Positions 57,393 to 59,859 of a DNA stretch of 59,859 nt are shown one piece after another. This DNA is from a virus. Lineage: Duplodnaviria > Caudoviricetes. The position numbers and the translations under genes are program-made. The notes beneath the pieces were generated by a model. The model was not told the DNA's origin, did not search any database, and saw nothing but the letters and a program-made list of their open reading frames with translations. Within the stretch, counting starts at the first letter, position 1; each line of letters starts with the position of its first letter. Location: positions 1 through 59,859 of IMG/VR virus record IMGVR_UViG_3300028638_000013. The stretch is one strand, 5' to 3'.

Positions 57393-57413
57393 ACCGCTTT
57401 TTTTTATTCAAAA

Positions 57414-57472
57414 TGATTCTTAAAAGAATTGATATACAGCGTGCTTGTGATATACTGTTCCTAGGAAGAAAC
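57414..57472 (+). promoter_or_regulatory. sigmaA promoter with two operators
   Basis: gattcttaaaagaaTTGATA...TGATATACT; gttcctaggaagaaac; preceded by terminator agcggataaaccgct-T. Confidence 0.7.
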
Positions 57473-57495
57473 GATTTTAAAAGGGGACGGCGAAG

Positions 57496-57993
57496 ATGAG
57501 TGAAAAGAGAAACGGGACCTACGGCAAAGAACTCGCGGAACTGGTCAGAAAGAACATCCAGCGGCATGCAGACGCCATAAAAAGCCGGATGGACCGGATC
57601 AACGAAGGTTGGACAGATATGGACGATTGCTTTCTCAGCCAGAGGGTAGACGAGCGGGCGATCGGCGAAGCGAGGATGCAGCTGGCGATCCTCGAGGGTG
57701 ATGGGACGATGGAGATTGACGCGATTTTTGACGAAGACGGAAAAGAAGTCGACGTGAGATGGGCAAACACTAGATACGGTTACAAATTAGTCGCCAGAGG
57801 CATCTGGGCCAACAGCCAAAAAGCGCTTTTGAAAAAGACAGGGTGGACGAAGAGAACAATCAAAGTGCCATGCTGGACAAGTTTCTCACCCGGAAGCGGC
57901 GGCGGAATGTGCGCGGTTTACTCAGGAACCTACGAAGTAGTCAGATGGCACACCAACATGGTAACCGGCGAATACGTCGGATACCCAGAATAG
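57496..57993 (+). CDS. Hypothetical protein
   Basis: First gene after promoter. Confidence 0.7.
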   Translation: MSEKRNGTYGKELAELVRKNIQRHADAIKSRMDRINEGWTDMDDCFLSQRVDERAIGEARMQLAILEGDGTMEIDAIFDEDGKEVDVRWANTRYGYKLVARGIWANSQKALLKKTGWTKRTIKVPCWTSFSPGSGGGMCAVYSGTYEVVRWHTNMVTGEYVGYPE

Positions 57994-58043
57994 AGAACGG
58001 GCCGCGGGGCCTACAAGACCATTAACCTAAGGAGGGGATCAAA

Positions 58044-58295
58044 ATGACAAACAAAAACGAATGCCGATCCAAATTAAACGATGTTGAGGAAAAGCTGAAT
58101 TTGAGCCCAGCGTGCTACAAAGTGAACGGTGTTTACAAAATTCATTGGGGCTACGCGGACGAAGCACTCTCCGGGTCCTTGTGGGATGCTACCCCGGAGG
58201 AGGAGGCGGAGTACAACCGCAGAAAGGACGCATGCCAAATAATCGATTTTCTAATTCAAGTCAGAAATGCACTTTTGTCAGAACTGGCTAAATAA
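58044..58295 (+). CDS. Hypothetical protein
   Basis: AAGGAGG RBS. Confidence 0.7.
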   Translation: MTNKNECRSKLNDVEEKLNLSPACYKVNGVYKIHWGYADEALSGSLWDATPEEEAEYNRRKDACQIIDFLIQVRNALLSELAK

Positions 58296-58318
58296 CAAAA
58301 ATTGAGGAGGATCTGAAA

Positions 58319-58615
58319 ATGACAACACAGGAAAGAACCACGGTTCAAAACTTCATCAACAAGATGGACAAGCTCGAGGCCCAAAAGACTGAAATCTTCA
58401 ACTGGTTCAAGGACGAATCCGGAAAATGCTCCGGCTACAGATGGTGCTCCCTGGACGCCTGCTACGATGAAATACAGACTCTGAGCGATCAGGCCACACG
58501 ACGCGAAGCCGACCGCAAACGGGACGATTACATCAAACTGGATGCCCAGCGTGATCTGATTATAAGTTTTGGATCGGAGCTTGCCGAACTAGGCTTCTGG
58601 AAAAAAGGGAGGTAG
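58319..58615 (+). CDS. Hypothetical protein
   Basis: GAGGAGG RBS. Confidence 0.7.
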   Translation: MTTQERTTVQNFINKMDKLEAQKTEIFNWFKDESGKCSGYRWCSLDACYDEIQTLSDQATRREADRKRDDYIKLDAQRDLIISFGSELAELGFWKKGR

Positions 58616-58620
58616 TCAAA

Positions 58621-58776
58621 ATGGAAAAAGCTTTTTTAATGTTTGCATTGAGATTGACGGGCGAACCGGTTGAAAACATCAAGGTGCTTAAAATCTGGAA
58701 GGACTCAGAAGGCAGGATGAGTGGCACGATTGAGATCGATGGAAATATTGAATTTATACACGAGGGGATCGCATAA
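58621..58776 (+). CDS. Small hypothetical protein (51 aa; not in ORF track)
   Basis: GGGAGG RBS; MEKAFLMFALRLTG... Confidence 0.55.
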   Translation: MEKAFLMFALRLTGEPVENIKVLKIWKDSEGRMSGTIEIDGNIEFIHEGIA

Positions 58777-58802
58777 TCCCCTCCACAAAAGGAGGAAGCA
58801 AA

Positions 58803-58985
58803 ATGAACGAAGAACAAGCAATCCTTGAGTTATTGCTAGACGACCCCATGAAAGAACCTGATGATTTCGGAGTTTCCCGGATTAGAACTTTTGAGCAGGC
58901 CGGGATCATGACCCGAAACGCCGGATTAATCGTGACGATGAGCGACGGGACAGAATACCAGATCACTATAGTACAGTGCAGATAG
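58803..58985 (+). CDS. Small conserved phage protein
   Basis: RTFEQAGIMT..GL.V...DGTEYQITIV; GGAGG RBS. Confidence 0.65.
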   Translation: MNEEQAILELLLDDPMKEPDDFGVSRIRTFEQAGIMTRNAGLIVTMSDGTEYQITIVQCR

Positions 58986-58997
58986 GAGAGGGCAGAC

Positions 58998-59141
58998 ATG
59001 AGCGGAGAAGACATTAAAGTAGTCCTAACTTGGATCGCGATCATAATGGCATTTCAGACGATGATCATTTACTACGCACTCGACAAAATCAGCCGTTTGA
59101 ATTCATACATCAGAAAATGTGGGAGGAGAGAGTACAGATGA
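58998..59141 (+). CDS. Small membrane protein (47 aa; not in ORF track)
   Basis: AGGAG RBS; one hydrophobic helix; stop overlaps next ATG. Confidence 0.5.
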   Translation: MSGEDIKVVLTWIAIIMAFQTMIIYYALDKISRLNSYIRKCGRREYR

Positions 59142-59494
59142 ACAGCTTAACAGTATTTGTCTACAGGGACAGCCACGGAGACAGCAGCAACGGCGGTGTA
59201 TCGGCGAAAAACGCCATGCTGACCCTTTTCTGGGACGCAACATATGATGCGGTCGCAGCATACCTAGAGAATCATCCTAAGATCGATAAAGACACCGTGG
59301 TGCTCCTGAACAAGCGTCAACTTTGGGGAGACGACGCCTGGTACGCAGAACCATTCATCAAAGGACGCGGTGTTGGTCCGATGTTCGGAGGTACCTTCAT
59401 ACACACCAGCGACTCGCGATTTCCGAAAAAGCACCCGATCCCGCTGCACGATCGATACGAGAGTAAAGAACAATACGAAATTCTGAGCCGTTAG
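59138..59494 (+). CDS. Conserved phage protein of unknown function
   Basis: DSSNGGVS...MFGGTF..TSDSRF...PIPLHDR; GGAGG RBS supports ATG 59138. Confidence 0.7.
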   Translation: MNSLTVFVYRDSHGDSSNGGVSAKNAMLTLFWDATYDAVAAYLENHPKIDKDTVVLLNKRQLWGDDAWYAEPFIKGRGVGPMFGGTFIHTSDSRFPKKHPIPLHDRYESKEQYEILSR

Positions 59495-59505
59495 GGAGGA
59501 TGACC

Positions 59506-59829
59506 ATGGATAAATTTGATATCCCGGAGATTGTGACAGTTGCCTTCGCAAGAAAAGCAAGAAACCGTGATGAATGGCTAAAATACAAAGGCAGCCCGGT
59601 ACGAGCTGCCGTTTATCGAGAGGTTGAATTCACTGTTGAAGAATTCGATGAGCTGATTGATAACTTAACCAGCGATCGGGATTGGATCACGAAGGAAGAC
59701 GGAGGCGACTACCAACTCGAAGAAGACGTGATTATTGGGAGAGTGATCAAGGTGACAGACGGCAAACGCACTATTTACATCGATTCACAAGGCTATGGAT
59801 ACCCACGCTATGTGGCTTTTGTAGAATGA
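59506..59829 (+). CDS. Hypothetical protein (DUF6329-like)
   Basis: EEFD...NL..DRDWI...IDSQGYGYPRYV. Confidence 0.6.
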   Translation: MDKFDIPEIVTVAFARKARNRDEWLKYKGSPVRAAVYREVEFTVEEFDELIDNLTSDRDWITKEDGGDYQLEEDVIIGRVIKVTDGKRTIYIDSQGYGYPRYVAFVE

Positions 59830-59833
59830 AAAG

Positions 59834-59857
59834 TTTGCAACATGAACTGTCAACCGT
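59834..59857. other. attR-side phage half-site
   Basis: tttgcaacatgaactgtcaacc + GT; inverted relative to 2-25. Confidence 0.75.
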
Positions 59858-59859
59858 GA

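Larger units (their letters stand above)
1..59859. mobile_element. Near-complete temperate phage/prophage, contractile-tailed (PBSX/Xkd-like tail), Firmicute host
   Basis: Integrase, repressor, replication, terminase, portal, capsid, sheath/tube, baseplate and lysis modules in canonical order; inverted att half-sites at both window ends. Confidence 0.97.

Overview
The window looks like one essentially complete ~59.9 kb temperate myovirus (prophage) of a Firmicute, probably clostridial. The host is inferred from AGGAGG RBSs, sigmaA-type promoters and PBSX/Xkd-type tail genes. The two window ends carry inverted half-sites that reconstitute a symmetric attP for the large serine integrase, with a GT core. 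Gene order: integrase/CI-Cro switch; recombination and replication (fused SbcD-SbcC, replisome organizer, DnaC, RecU, SSB); early accessory genes (macrodomain, MazG-like, Dam, BglII-like REase + MT-A70); packaging; head; contractile tail; lysis; and an amidoligase/GGCT right arm. The most striking element is in the head module (26.4-31.2 kb). Four stand-alone genes with different effector domains (zeta-like kinase, VIP2-like ADP-ribosyltransferase, PARP-like fold, JAB/MPN metallo-domain) all start with a short leader ending [FIV]-x-K, followed by the motif (Y/A)NPYHDx(R/K)GRF. Three are followed by a small partner ORF. They are interleaved with the prohead protease and scaffold genes, which suggests a capsid-loaded, protease-matured, co-injected effector array. 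Also notable: a structured ~260-nt non-coding region with a tRNA-like minihelix before the portal gene, a genome-wide 16-bp operator regulon, and a spike-fibre fusion that shares its C-terminal domain with the side fibre, next to two beta-propeller paralogues. All family calls come from reading motifs by eye; no database search was run.
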